Shown here piece after piece: positions 38,220 through 51,034 of a stretch of DNA of 64,000 nucleotides; position 1 is the first letter of the stretch; each line of letters opens with the position of its first letter. This DNA is from Raja brachyura (Eukaryota), in contig OY740787.1 of NCBI GenBank assembly GCA_963514005.1, positions 34,596,001 to 34,660,000 of the forward strand, read 5' to 3'. The notes under the pieces are model-generated. The model did no database searches. It was given only the letters and a program-made list of their open reading frames with translations, and was not told the origin of the DNA. A program made the position numbers and the translations under genes.

Positions 38220-38735
38220 TTGGAGTTTTGTGTGTAGTTCTGGTCGCCCTGAAAGAGGAAAGGTATTGTTTAGCTCGAAAGGATGCAGAAAATATTCACC
38301 GGGATGTTTCTAGGGCTTAAGTTATAAGGAGAGGCTGGAAGTGCCACAACTTGTTTTCCCCTAAATTAGAGGAGGTTGAGAGGTGACTTACTAGAGGTAC
38401 ATAAAGTTGTGAGAAAATTAAATAAGGTGAATGGTCAGTCTTTTTCCCAAGGAAGAGGAATCCAGAACTAAAGGGCATAGGTTTAGCATGAGAGAGGAAA
38501 GATTTAAAAGAGATCCAAGCGGCAATTTCATCATGTAGAGGGTGGTGTATATATAGAAAGAGCTGCAGGAGAAAGATGTGTAGGTGGGTACAATGGCGAC
38601 TTATATAAAGCATTTGGACAGAGGTCAACAGATTTAGGGACATGGGCCAAACAAAGGTAAATAGGATGAGCTTAGTTGTACAACCTGGTTAATATGGATT
38701 GGTTGGGCCAAAGCGCCTCTTTCCATTCTGTGTAA
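38220..38735 (+). mobile_element. Degraded CR1 3' fragment
   Basis: LEFCV*FWSP...RRLRGDLLEVHK...TKGHRF, then CR1 3' UTR. Confidence 0.7.
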
Positions 38736-39541
38736 CTATACGTGGCATGCTTGCAACATTGTAATACTTGAAATATGGTATATTGGTATGTTATTGTTTT
38801 AATATACATTTTTTTAAACAATAAATTAGCATTTCTTTCATTTATTTGCTGGAGAATGTGAAAAGAATTAAGGCAGATTTGAATAGCTTCATAGTCAATT
38901 TCCATAGGCCTCAAATAAAGTATGGTCCAATCCTATTTGTCCTCCATTTCCCCTTCAGTTGCCGTCCTTTGGGCTTCCGTTTTAACCCATATTCATATAT
39001 TACAAAGGATCTATTCATTTTCAAATCATCTTCTCGTGTTGTCACTTTTGATATAAGAACATCTGACAGGAGCATTTTACAGTGTTATTAACTACTTCCT
39101 TCAGTTTAAAAGCAGCTAGATGTATCTGTAGTCCACGGAGAAAAGGAATTCTTCCTATTATCTAGTTCAACTAATTTGCACCAGTGGAGGTCCTTGCACG
39201 ATACATTCTTAAACTGTTGTATGTATTCAAACATGGAATTCCTGGCTGATGTAGATTACATCCTATTAATCTGTGTTAGGGCAAAGCTATAACCAGTCAC
39301 AGCTGGTCACACACAGTCTCATCTCCCACTAAAAATATAAGAAAGTTCAACATGATTTCAGTGACATAGCATAATATCATAATTGAATAATTATTATATT
39401 GTATTATTCCTTGAAACAAACCAGGTTTAAATGGGTAATAATTGATATGGCCAGTATGAAATTCATATTATCAGCACCCAAAATTCTACCGTTATATAGA
39501 TCTAATATTGATGCTTTCTGTGGAGAGCCTTCCAAATTAGC

Positions 39542-39761
39542 ATTAAGGTAGACACAAAATGCTGGAGTAACTCAGCAGGTGAGGCAGCAGCACTGGAGAG
39601 AAAGAATGGGCGATGTTTCGGGTTGGGTCTGAAGAAGGGTCTTAACCCAAAATGTCGCCCATTCCTACTCTCCGGAGATGCTGCCTCACCCGTTCAGTTA
39701 CTCCAGCATTTTATGTCTACCTTTGATTCAAATCAGCATCTGCAGTTCTTTCTTACACACA
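39542..39761. mobile_element. Inverted pLTR pair with 11-bp TSD
   Basis: Arms 39545-39623 and 39645-39723 are reverse complements around ctgaagaagggtc; tccaaattagc at 39531 and 39762. Confidence 0.85.
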
Positions 39762-40671
39762 TCCAAATTAGCTTTGTTGACTGCTCATTCAGAAATTCAA
39801 ATCTTATCATACCCCTCCTTCCATTAATTGAATTGAATTGAAAATAGAGCACGGAAACAGGTCCTGCAGCCCACCGAGTCCACACTGCTCATTGATCACT
39901 CATTCACACTAGTTCTAAATTATTCCACACACGACGGGCAATTTACAAAGGTCAATTAAACTACAAACCCAGATGTCTTTGGAATGTGGGAATGAATTAA
40001 GTTTAATTATACAAATGTATAATTATATATATAAAATGTGTACATGATGTGAGGAATCTCACACAATACAATGCATATTACGATTTACTTCTCTCATCTT
40101 ATGATTTTCAATGCATTTTAACATTAATCTATTCATAACATTATCATGTTTCATCATTATGTAGCAAGAAATAATAGTTGCAGTGTGGGTATCTGATTTC
40201 CACCTTTTTCTCTTTCTATCTCCCTCCATCCTGGATAAGTTGTCTATATTGGGTACCAGACAAGTCTTGATGGATATATGGAAATTACAGAAATAAATCT
40301 TAATGAAAGTGGGAACACTCACAATAAATAGGTATTGATGTTATCAAATAAGAACGATTTTCATCTTGTCAAAAGAAAGAAACTACCTTCATCACTTTTA
40401 CATCTTCATGCCAGTGTAGAATTTATATGGAAGTTTAAAAGGAAGTTAGATTTCCCACAGTGCGTTATAGTGCAACATCACACAATATTTCAACCTTACT
40501 ACAAGCTAGTAGTTGCAGTAAGCCATCTCTCGAGTCATCATTCACGAAAGGAACGAACTGAAAGGTCAGATATAGAAATATAGAAAAGTCTGATGGGATT
40601 ATCTTTTTTGTTAATGAGAAGCATTCATAACCATAGTGTATAATTTAACTCTATGTGGGTTTTATGATATC

Positions 40672-42515
40672 TAAAATAGGTGATTTGTCAACAGTGAAGA
40701 TGGTTGTGAAGAATTACAGTGGGATTGGGATCAGCTGTGCAGGTGTGGTAAGGAATGGGTTATGGAGTTTAATTTGATTAGTGTGAGGTTTTGCATTTTT
40801 GGGAGTTAAACCGGAGCAGGACGTTTACATTGAATGGGAAGGCTCAAGGGAATGTTGTAGAGCAGAGGCTTCTGGGAGTACGTGCACATAGTTTCCTGAA
40901 AGTGGCATTACAGGTAGATAGCGGGGGGGGGGGGGGGGGGGGGGGTGAAAAAGGCTTTTAGCACATTGGCCTTCATCAGTCAGGGAATTTAGTATAGAAG
41001 ATGGACACAAAGAATTGCAGATACTGGTTTACAAAAAAAAGTGCTGGAGTACGAAGGGTCACAACCCGAAGTGTCATCCATACATTTCTTCCAGGCATAC
41101 TTGATTAGTAAAGGTGTCAGAGGTTATTGGGTGAAGGCAGCAGAATGGAGTTAGGAGGGAGAGCTGGATCAGCCATGATTGAATGGCGGAGTAGGCTCCA
41201 TGGGCTGAATGGCCTAATGCTACTGCTATTCCATATGACCTTATGATGCTGCTTGATCTGTTGAGTTACTCCTGTCCTTTAAGATCCATTTGTATGTAGA
41301 AGTGGGAACATTGTTCATCAGTCAGGGAATTTAGTATAGAAGATGGACACAAGGAATTGCAGATTTTGGTTTACAAAAAAAAGTGCTGGAGTACGAAGGG
41401 TCACGACCCGAAGTGTCATCCATACATTTCTTCCAGGGATGCTTGATTAGTAAAGGTGTCAGAGGTTATTGGGTGAAGGCAGTAGAATGGGGTTAGGAGG
41501 GAGAGATAGATCAGCCATGATTGGATGGCGGAGTAGGCTCCATGGGCCGAATGGCCTAATGCTACTGCTATTCCATATGACCTTATGATGCTGCTTGATC
41601 TGTTGAGTTACTCCTGTCCTTTAAGATCCATTTGTATGTAGAAGTGGGAACATTGTTCATCAGTCAGGGAATTTAGTATAGAAGATGGACACAAGGAATT
41701 GCAGATTCTGGTTTACAAAAAAAAGTGCTGGAGTACGAAGGGTCACGACCCGAAGTGTCATCCATACATTTCTTCCAGGGATGCTTGATTAGTAAAGGTG
41801 TCAGAGGTTATTGGGTGAAGGCAGTAGAATGGGGTTAGGAGGGAGAGATAGATCAGCCATGATTGGATGGCGGAGTAGGCTCCGGGGCCGAATGGCCTAA
41901 TGCTACTGCTATTCCATGTGACCTTATGATGCTGCTTGATCTGTTGAGTTACTCCTGTCCTTTAAGATACATTTGTATGTAGAAGTGGGAACATTGTTAT
42001 AGTTGTATAAGGGATTTGTGCAGCTGGACCTGGAGTATTGCATTCAGTTTTGGTCATCCTGCTACAGGAAATATATCATTAATCTGTAAAGGGTGCAGAG
42101 AGGATCTGCAAGGAAATTGCCAGTACTTGAGGGCCAGAGGTTGGGCAGGCTAAAACCTTATTCCTTGGAGTACAGAGGCTGAGGGGTAATCTGATAGAGG
42201 TGATTAAAATCATGAGGGGAACAGATGGGCGAGTGCTTTTTTCCAGGATTGTGGAATTCAAGGACCATGGGGCAAGAAACTGAGGGACAACTTTTTTTAC
42301 ATCAAGACTGTTTATGGGAATATGGAATGAGCTGCCTGAGGAACTAGCTGAGGTAAGTACAATAATGACATTTAAAATACATTTGGATGAATAAGTGCTT
42401 AGGAAAGATGTGGAGGAATATGAGTTAAACTTGGTAAGTAGGAAAACTTTAGATGGGGCATTGTGGTCAGCATGGATGAGTTGGACAAAAGGGCCTGTTT
42501 CCGAGATATATGACA
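40672..42515 (+). mobile_element. Degraded CR1 3' portion interrupted by a triplicated composite
   Basis: LQWDWDQL..W..EW.MEFN before the array; LEYCIQFWS, RLRGNLIEVIKIMRG and 3' UTR after it. Confidence 0.75.
40972..41996 (+). repeat. Tandem triplication, ~342-bp period
   Basis: Units start at 40972, 41314 and 41656 (ttcatcagtcagggaatttagtatagaagatggacac). Confidence 0.97.
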
Positions 42516-43602
42516 CTAACTGAGCTTTGATTAATGAATTCCCTTCATAGTTGGGATGTCATCTTTAAGCACTCAACAAATGGAAGATATAATAGAAACT
42601 ATTAAAGATCACCATCTTGCACTCTGCAACATACATTGTTTTCTCCACATGAAAGGTCATCAACTTGAAACATTAACTCTGTTTCTCAGTCTACAGATAT
42701 TGCCTGATCTGCTATTTCCAGTTTTACTTTCTATTCAAATAATGTTTCCCTTTCTCTGCATAATTTTGCAGCCATCTTCCATCTGCTATCTCCTGATATC
42801 ATAGGACCAATATTCATCAACTGTGTATCTTCCAACAGCATATTTGCTTTGCACTTCCAACTGAGCCAGTTCAAACCTCCTTACGTCCTTCCCAGAAAGC
42901 TTGTGTTGCTAATCCTAGAACATTTATGTTACTTAGCTATAAAACTAATTTTGGTAAGTAATTATATTTTTATTTTGCATATTGTGTTTCATTCATTCAT
43001 TGGATGCACCAATCACTGGTAAGAATGGAAATTCCAGGGTTCATTTAATTAATTTGTTTAACCTCACTGGCCATATTGGTACAATTTGGGATTGCATTTC
43101 TCTATCTCTAGTCTGGATATGAATTTCCAGAACAATAACATACTTCCTGCATTCTATCATTCATTCCGTGTTTATTGTTTAAAACTGCTTCTGATCACTT
43201 CCACCCTTTCTGCTCAAATGCTAAAGTTAACTTATTTGAAGCAGATTTGCCTCTGTGTCAGCAGCTTGAGGTTATCTACTCCAGGATGGGAGTTTACAAT
43301 CCAGCTGGATAAGCCAATGTGTTTCCAAGAAAGTGCTGTATTTTGTTTTCTGAAACATTAAAACAATTGCAGTATGTTAAAAATTACACTGAACAAAATT
43401 AATCTAGGGACTGATTTCTTCTGATGTCTGAACTACATTAATTCCCCAAGAGCCATTTCAACCCATTGTTTATCTTTTTGTAGGATCATTCTACGTGCAA
43501 TATAGTTGTAATTGTTGGCAATGTAACAAGAGTGATTGTAATTGTTTGCAGGTGAACTGCTTTGGTGCAAACCAAGTTCAAACATCATTCCTTATTACTC
43601 AC

Positions 43603-43792
43603 ATTCACCTGAAGACTTAACAGAATTTCACGATGTCCTATCATAGCTTTATCAGGAGGTTAGCAAAAACGAGGGCAATTATTGAAAATAGCTTTCTACT
43701 GTGGAAAAGAGAATGTTGCAGAGATTCTGCCTCATTGCTCCATTCACATCTCTATGTTATTTGATCACTGAATTCTTGTATTTTTCTTTCTC
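43603..43792 (-). pseudogene. Candidate decayed exon, end of ZP-N-like domain
   Basis: attgtag acceptor, gtgagt donor; EKYKNSVIK*HRDVNGAMRQNLCNILFS resembles the ZP-N Y.N.......I.R....I.FSC motif. Confidence 0.4.
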
Positions 43793-43831
43793 CTACAATA
43801 TGCACCACGTGTAATCTTATTTTTTGCTTAC

Positions 43832-44346
43832 TTTCTCTGACAGTCGAGAATTATTGTGGAAGCTGGTCCTGTGCTGGTTACGTTAATCCACCATGTTGAT
43901 GGAAAACTGTTCCCATTTCTATAAATTTTGTGAGGATTGCACTTTGACAGGCCTTGCTTTGTAACAAATGGAAAGGAATGAAAACCACAACAAAGGATTT
44001 ACTACTCCGGTATTGTTAGAGATTGTGATCCTCAGGTGGAAAAGCAAGAAATTCCCATCTGTAGCAAGAAGTTCCCATCACTTTAACCACATGCACACAG
44101 TTCTGCTATTTTAACAACTAATGGGACAGAATAGTGAAATTCCCCCATGCATCTCGTAATAGCCAGTGTTACATTGCCCTCTGTGCAAATTACCATCCCA
44201 TGTCCTGTCATTTACCACAGATGTTGATCTTGGATGTAAGAAGAATGTTGAAGATGAATTAAGTTGTTGAGTTAATCTCTTCTTCACATCCTGCTGAGCA
44301 GGGTGAAAAGTGAATGTGGTGAAGCTCTGCTGCCATCTGCTCTCCC
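43832..44346 (-). pseudogene. Candidate decayed exon, start of ZP-N-like domain
   Basis: MVICTEGNVTLAITRCMGEFHY...LCACG*SDGNFLLFHL after removing a 20-bp tandem duplication at ~44043-44079; donor gtaagc at 43831. Acceptor uncertain. Confidence 0.4.
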
Positions 44347-44549
44347 CTTTAATCGGGGAATAATTAATGACACAAGTGGACTTAAAATACTCAAGCTGTT
44401 ACCCTATGAAAGAGCATAAAGTCGGATATAACTGAATGGACAGGAGTATGGGAAAAGTAATTGGAAGGAAAGCACAGGTGTGTGAATAATGGGGAAGAGG
44501 GTGTTAGGAGTTGAAGAAATGAGAGTTCAGAAATAAAGCAGGAATGGTT

Positions 44550-44840
44550 GGATACACAAGAAACTGCAGATGCTGGCATCTTGAACAAAATACAAAGAGC
44601 TGAAGTAACTCAACAGGCCAGGCAGCATCTGTGGATCGAATGGATAGACCACATTTTGGGTTGGGACCCTTCTTCAGCATGATTGTTTGTGAGGGGGGTA
44701 GAAAGCTGGAAAAGGGGTGGGGGCAGTGTACCACCAGCAAGTGGTAGGTGGTGCAAGAAGGGTATCGACCCAAAACGTTACCCATTCTTCTCTCCAGAGA
44801 TGCTGCCTGTTCTGCTGAATTACTCCAGCATTTCTGTCTA
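44550..44840. mobile_element. Inverted pLTR pair
   Basis: Minus pLTR 44550-44680 and plus pLTR 44755-44840 (gaagggtatcgacccaaaacgttaccc). Confidence 0.75.
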
Positions 44841-45169
44841 TAAGTGGTAAGAGAATACAGGTAAGGGGGTAGGGGTGGGTGGGGGTGATTGGCAGATACG
44901 TGGAGGAGTTGGAGGAGTTCAAAGGAAATACGACTGCAATGTTTTTTGTTTAATACAAAGTTGTAAATGATTAATACATCATTCAATAACAGTAAATACA
45001 TGTGATGTGTAATGCAGTATGTTCTGTGAAATGCTCATAAATGTTCTCTGGCCAATCTCATATGTAATCTACACTTCTTTAGGCCTTTGTGACAGTACAA
45101 AAATCAGAGAGTAACATTTGCTTTCCTAAAGCAACAGTAGAAAAATATGTAATGCCACAATAGACATAG

Positions 45170-46590
45170 AAGTAATATAGAATCATGAGAGGCACAGACT
45201 GGGTCAACACACAGAACCTTTTTCCCAGAGTGTAAATGTCAATGACTAAATGTAGCAACGTTACAAAATTTTGATATTTAAAAAAATCAAGTCTGCAATT
45301 TTTCCCATCAGATAAAGCATAAAAAGAAGTTTAATTTGACACCTAATTCACTTTCATATCTTCAGTATTAAAAAGGTTATGGCCATTTCCATACTCGGAA
45401 ATTAGCATCTTGTTCCCTATTGCTTTTCCATTGACTTAACACAAAAGTTGTGATCGAGGACAGTCAAAAGCCAATAACTTTCTTAAAAATTAAGAGAACT
45501 GAAATACATTTTCAGTTATTATATATTGAAGCATTCTGAAACAAATATGAAACAATCTTACTTGGATGACCTGAAATTAAAGCATATACTTAGTTAGTTA
45601 CCCAATTGTAGCTAATTTACAACATTCAATTACTAGAACTAAACATCTATCCATTTCTTAAGGAAATATTAACATTTTTAAATAGCCTAAGTGTCCAAAT
45701 AACATTCACTCAAGAATTCACAATATAACATGATTTTTAAATCTCATTGTCATGAATTTATCGGCCAAATTGAACGAATTTAGTGTTTTTAATGGCCATT
45801 TAAATCGTCTTGCGAGTGGAATTTTATGGAACGCGATCGATTGAAACATTGCGGTTGCAGTGAATTTAAACCCCATATTGGCAGGAAAAATACTGCCGGT
45901 TCGTATGGGGAATAAATCACCGTTTCGCAACATGAAATTTAGATTAAGGTCATCTTAACAAGCACGTTTATATGTAAAATAAACGGCTTTCCTTTACCTG
46001 TCCCCTACGTGAAATCCGTCCCCGTTGTCGACGTTCACGGCATTAGAAGCTAATTTTTATTTTACTCCAGCGCTGAAATTGTCGGGCAATTAAAAAAAAA
46101 AAAATTTTCACAGACCGGCAGTCGGAACGAAACTTCAGCAAAAGCTTGCACCCCGAGAAAATAAAACTCCAGAAGGCAGGGGAAAACCGCATTTTAACCC
46201 CGTCCCCCCCCCCCCCCCCAAAGGCACCAAAGTCGCGCACACGGCCAGTGACAGAACTGCAGCACCGCTGAAGGTAAGTTTTGTAACATACCTACTAAAT
46301 GGCATAGCTTTAACGTGAGAGGGGCAAAGTTTAAAGGCGATATGCGAGTCAAGATGTTTCATAGAGAGTTGTGGGTGCCTGGAATGCATTGCCAGGTGGA
46401 GGTGGAAATGATAGTCACAGCACATGAACAGGCAATAGTGATGTTTAAGAGGCTTTTAGATAGGCAAACGGATATACAGAGAATTGAGGAATATGGATCA
46501 TCTGCAGGCAGATGAAATTACTTCATCTCGGCATCATGTTTGGCACAAATATTGTGGGCTGACAGGCCTGTTCGTGTGGTTTATGTTTTA
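45170..46590 (+). mobile_element. CR1 3' fragment split by a DNA transposon
   Basis: YRIMRGTD...LFPRV..MT|KWHSFNVRGAKFKGD is restored in frame once 45253-46301 is removed. Confidence 0.7.
45253..46294. mobile_element. Non-autonomous DNA transposon (1042 bp), imperfect TIRs, 7-bp TSD
   Basis: Left tagcaacgttacaaaatt, right aagttttgtaacataccta; ctaaatg at 45246-52 and 46295-301. Confidence 0.8.
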
Positions 46591-47929
46591 CATTCTATGT
46601 CAATGTGACCTAGGCTTTTTTGCTTTAAAGTGTGTGCTCAGCAGTTTTGGGCAGTTTCATCAGCTGAATGCCAATGGATCTGATCAGAACTGCTGTCACA
46701 AATCACTGTATCCTACCTCAAATTGTTAAATTTAATCCAAAGGAATAAATATATTTAGAAATCAGATGGAGTTTGAGGTGATAAAACCAACAAGGTTAAC
46801 ATTAAAAGGCAATTTCCAATCCACCATTTCCACAATTCGCTGCCTGGAAGCTGCCTACTAAAAAGAGGTAGATTGCCACTCAGCAACATGTTAAACATTT
46901 AAGGTGATGTTTACATGGTTTTACATGTTTAATTTTATGTCATGGAGTTTTCCGGTCTTCCTGGACTTCAACAATGAAAGCGAGATGAAAACAGAGTAGC
47001 AATTGACAGGATTGAAATAAAACCAGACTCAGACTGTTGAGCTGTTCCTGGCCAACATTTACAGGCTTTCTGGAGCCTGAGAGGATCTCATCAAAGATTG
47101 AACTATATCCACCTGTGCAGAGTATCAACCACTGGCACAAAGAGCATGTTAGCTACTGCCTGAGGGGTGGGGGGTGGGAGGAGATGGTAGGTATTTGGCT
47201 CCATGTGTTTATGCATATAGTAATGGGTAAAAAATGGAAGCACTTTGACTGGAGTCCTTACTTCAGTGTTGCCTTTCATCATTTACCATCTCAGAGCTGG
47301 AGCTGCAATTTGCAGCTAATTCTGCTGGTGAAACCTTTGTCACATATCAAGAGAATTCAGCAAGCCCAAGGCTAGAACATCATTCATTGCAGGTGGCTTC
47401 TTCCAGTTGTTGAAAACTTCAACCACTAATTCAGTTACAATGTTTTTTTGTACTGTGTAGATGACCACTCACATCATTAGAAATGTACAGCAATAAAGCA
47501 CATCATTTGGCACATTACAATAAACCCTCACAATAACAGACCTCCATATTGTGTAGGAAGGAACTGCAGATGTTGGTTTACACCGAAGATAGACACAAAT
47601 GCCGGAGTAACTCAGCGGGACAGGCAGCATCTCTGGATAGAAGATATGGGTGATGTTTCAGGTCGAAACCAGTCTTTTGTTGTTGCTACATATAACAAAA
47701 CCAATGTGACGGTGGTGGAGGGCAGATATGTTTTGATTAGTGGGCTGTTACATCCTGTCTGATATTGAGCTTCTTGAATGTTGTTGGAGCTACACTGATC
47801 TAGACAAGAGTAGGGCATTCCGTTACATTCATGGCTAGGTATTTAGTACAATATTTATGTTAATGGTTCAGCTGCCTTTCTGGTCAGTGTTAACATCCAG
47901 GATGCTGACAGTCTGTCATTACCAGTATG

Positions 47930-48276
47930 AATATAGATAAACCTTTGCAATAACAGACCACGGACAGGGGGCTGGTGTCCGTTATTGGCAATTGTCCGCT
48001 ATAACCGAGTGCCAGGGAGTAAAGTTTTACATAAGACTGGGAGGAAAGAAGCGCGGCATTGGTGGGGGTAAACAAGTGGGAATTCACAGGCTGAGGAGGC
48101 ACAGAGCTCCCCGCCCCACACGCGATGTGCCAGGGATGGGTCTGATACCCACGCCGCCTTCATACTGCTCGCTCTATCCCGTGACCGGAAGCATACCATG
48201 TGCCGCCGGCTCATTGGGTAACTGGGGGAGGTTGCAATGGAAGTCTCAGTCTGTTATAACCAAAATCCGCTATATA
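47930..48276. mobile_element. Possible Tc1/mariner (pogo/Tigger-like) MITE remnant
   Basis: Repeated ccgttat/ccgctataac subterminal motifs at both ends. Confidence 0.4.
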
Positions 48277-48389
48277 GAAGATAGAAACAAAATGCTGGAG
48301 TAACTCAGCGGGCCAGGCAGTATCTCTGGAAAGAAGGAATGGGTGATGGGTCGAAGGGATTTAAAGAAGTCTCTGCCTCAAAATCAACC

Positions 48390-48600
48390 GAGACCCACGC
48401 TACCCTGGCCACACTCATTTCACTCCTGCAATTGGGAAGAAAGTATAGGAGCCTAGAAACTGTAACATGTAGGTTCAGGAGCAGCTTCTTCCCTACAACC
48501 ATCAAGCTATTAAACACTACAACCTGCAAAGAAGTTGCAAACTACATGGACTTGGGGCATTTTTTTCTGTTTCAGGAAATATGACAATAAAACACTCTTG
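48390..48600 (+). mobile_element. Rex1/Babar 3' fragment
   Basis: LLQLGRKYRSLETVTCRFRSSFFPTTIKLLN and a tgacaataaa tail. Confidence 0.7.
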
Positions 48601-50249
48601 ATTTACAATGTACTGTATCTACAAGTGTGCACAATAAGGCTATCAGTTGATTGCATCTTCTTGCTGCTCAGGAAGTATCTCTCCAGTGTCCAATTTCTCA
48701 CAAGCCATGGAATATACGTCCACCTGTTCTTGCTCAGCTGTAGATTGTGAGTAGCATATGTAAACTGAATTATCCTCTTGTTCCTGCTTTTGAAACATGA
48801 GTTATTGAGAAGCTGCATGGTCTGCTGAAGTTTTGTGATGGTAGAGTCTCAAGAGGGGCAAATTCCTCATTGTCATCTTGTTTCCTGCTTCTCCCTGATA
48901 CTCTGTACTCTCTTTTCCTACACTAAGAGAAAGATCACTTGTAATCTCTATAAATAATTGGCGGTGGTGGTAGACACAGGGATACAACTTGCCAGTAAGC
49001 TTATTGGGACCTTATCTTGCACGCCCTAAAAAATGCTCTGGGTGCTACAAAGGCAGCTGAGAGAGGTGCCCACGAAGCACAAAGACTGATTGTGGCCGCG
49101 TGAGATGAACGATGACAGTTGATGTGCCCGGATCGAGGCATCGGTGGAGTGGGCCTTTGGACGCCCTGCTGCAGCCTGGGGCCCATCTGGATAGGGCACT
49201 GCTCCTTGAGGCAGACACATGCATTGAACATGGCCTGCAGTGGCATGGAGTGAAGGACACCAACAACTTCACTTGGCCATGTTGACGCTGCAATGCCACC
49301 TGGACAACCAGCCTTCATGGCCAGGATAAGAGGTCTACATTTATACCAATTTTGACTTGAATCATGAAAAGTGGCGCAAAAACACATTGAGTTTTGTACA
49401 CTGTCTCAGTGTACTATTCCAAGACACTTGTACTTAACTAAGATTGTGCTTATTTACAGTAATACATTTACTGTACTGTATGCAAAAAAGGAATTTCACT
49501 GCACCTCGGTATATGTGACAATGTAATACCATTGAACAATTTAACCATAATTGAATACATTCCGCTGCTGTATAATATTTGCATTAGGGTGGTTGAGTGC
49601 CCATGATAGGTTAATAAAGATATTTTAGTTAAAAAGACAGATGAAATGCTCCCCTTCATTGGCAGAGACCTTGAATATAGTTCAAATTTACTTTTGAGAG
49701 CAGGAGGTTACATCAGAAATTCATTCAACACCAACAGTATCACAGCTCGAGTGGGGGTATGTACTCTTCTGATTACATATTGCAAGAGGGATGTGATTTC
49801 ACTGGAGAGAGTGCAGAGAGGTTTACCAGGTTGATGTCAGCAAAGAAAAATGTTTGTTTTCATGAACGATTTGATAGAATGGAGTTTTTCCTTTGGAACA
49901 GAGGAGGTTGAAGGTAGACGTAAAGGGCCTGTATACACACAGCGGGGCCAGGTAAAGCAGGGGAGTGCTTTCTGAAATTCACACCGTGCAAAGCCAAGGT
50001 GATACAGACACACAAGGTTAACAGACAAGGTTAAAGACGGCTAGCATAGCCTTGTGGTGCTCCAATGCTGAGGGTCTGCGTGTCCGAGATGTGTTTAAAA
50101 GAGCGGGGGGGGGGGGGGGGGAGAAGAAGTCGAGACACTTTTAAGAAGCCAGACAACTTTTCATAAGCCAGAGATACACAGCTGTGAAGTTTAACGGGCA
50201 TTTAACATTACCGGTTAAACACTACCTCGACTACCTACAACAACATGAC

Positions 50250-51030
50250 GACCCTCAATACTGGATGAAAATGTCTGTGTAGACTGGTGCCAGTTGTTTG
50301 GCACAGAGCCTGAGGGTAGAGGGGGAAACTGGAGATCCTGGAGAATTCCCGGCTTTTTTGTCTTCTGAATAGTCTCTCCACCTCCTCAATTTCTATTGTT
50401 GGTGATGGAGAAGTGGCCAGAATGATGTTGGCCTGCAAAGAATGGATGGGTAGTGGATGAGGGCCCAGTCTTTGCAGACTGGAGTCAGGCTGTAATTGGG
50501 TGTTAAGTGGTGAGTGGAGAGAAAGTGCCCAGTCTTTGCAGACTGGAGTCAGACTTTAAGTAGGTGTGAAGTGGTGATTAGGAAGGAGTGGGTGGGGAAG
50601 GGTCCAGGCTGTGAGTAGGTGTGAAGCAGCGATTGGGGAAGGTGGGAGGGGGTACCAGGGTTAAGTTTCTACTTATCGAACATGCAGTAGAACTTGTTCA
50701 GGTCATTGGACAGCTGACGATTGTCCAAGGAGCGGGGGCGGAGGGGTCCTCTTGTAGTTGGTGATTTCTTGCAAGCCCTTCCAAACTGAAGAAGAGTCAT
50801 TAGCTGAGAAGTTGCTCCTCAACTTTCAGAGCACCTTTCCTCTTCTCAGCTTGTACTTGGCCTGCCTGTGGAGGTCTACATCCCCGCTCCTTCCTGTAGG
50901 CCACATCTTTAAACTGGTGGAGCTGTCTGAGTTCTGCTGTAAACCAGGGATTGTCATTGTTGAATCAGATATGAGTCCTTGTGAGAATGCAACTGTCCTC
51001 ACAAAAGCTGACATATGATGTCACAGTGTC
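50250..51030 (-). mobile_element. Rex1/Babar fragment, same family as 26823-28860
   Basis: Collinear similarity to 28110-28835, e.g. tgaatag..tctccacc.cctcaatttctattgttggtgatggagaagtggccaga. Confidence 0.85.
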
Positions 51031-51034
51031 TGTA

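Noticed and set aside
40923-40945. Poly-G run (others near 11665, 28432, 46204, 50105) as a functional G-quadruplex
   Set aside because: Simple homopolymers inside repeats, with unreliable lengths.
40972-41996. CRISPR-like or ribozyme tandem array
   Set aside because: No repeat-spacer structure, and the hammerhead core in the unit is destroyed (acgaagggtcacgacccgaagtgtc).
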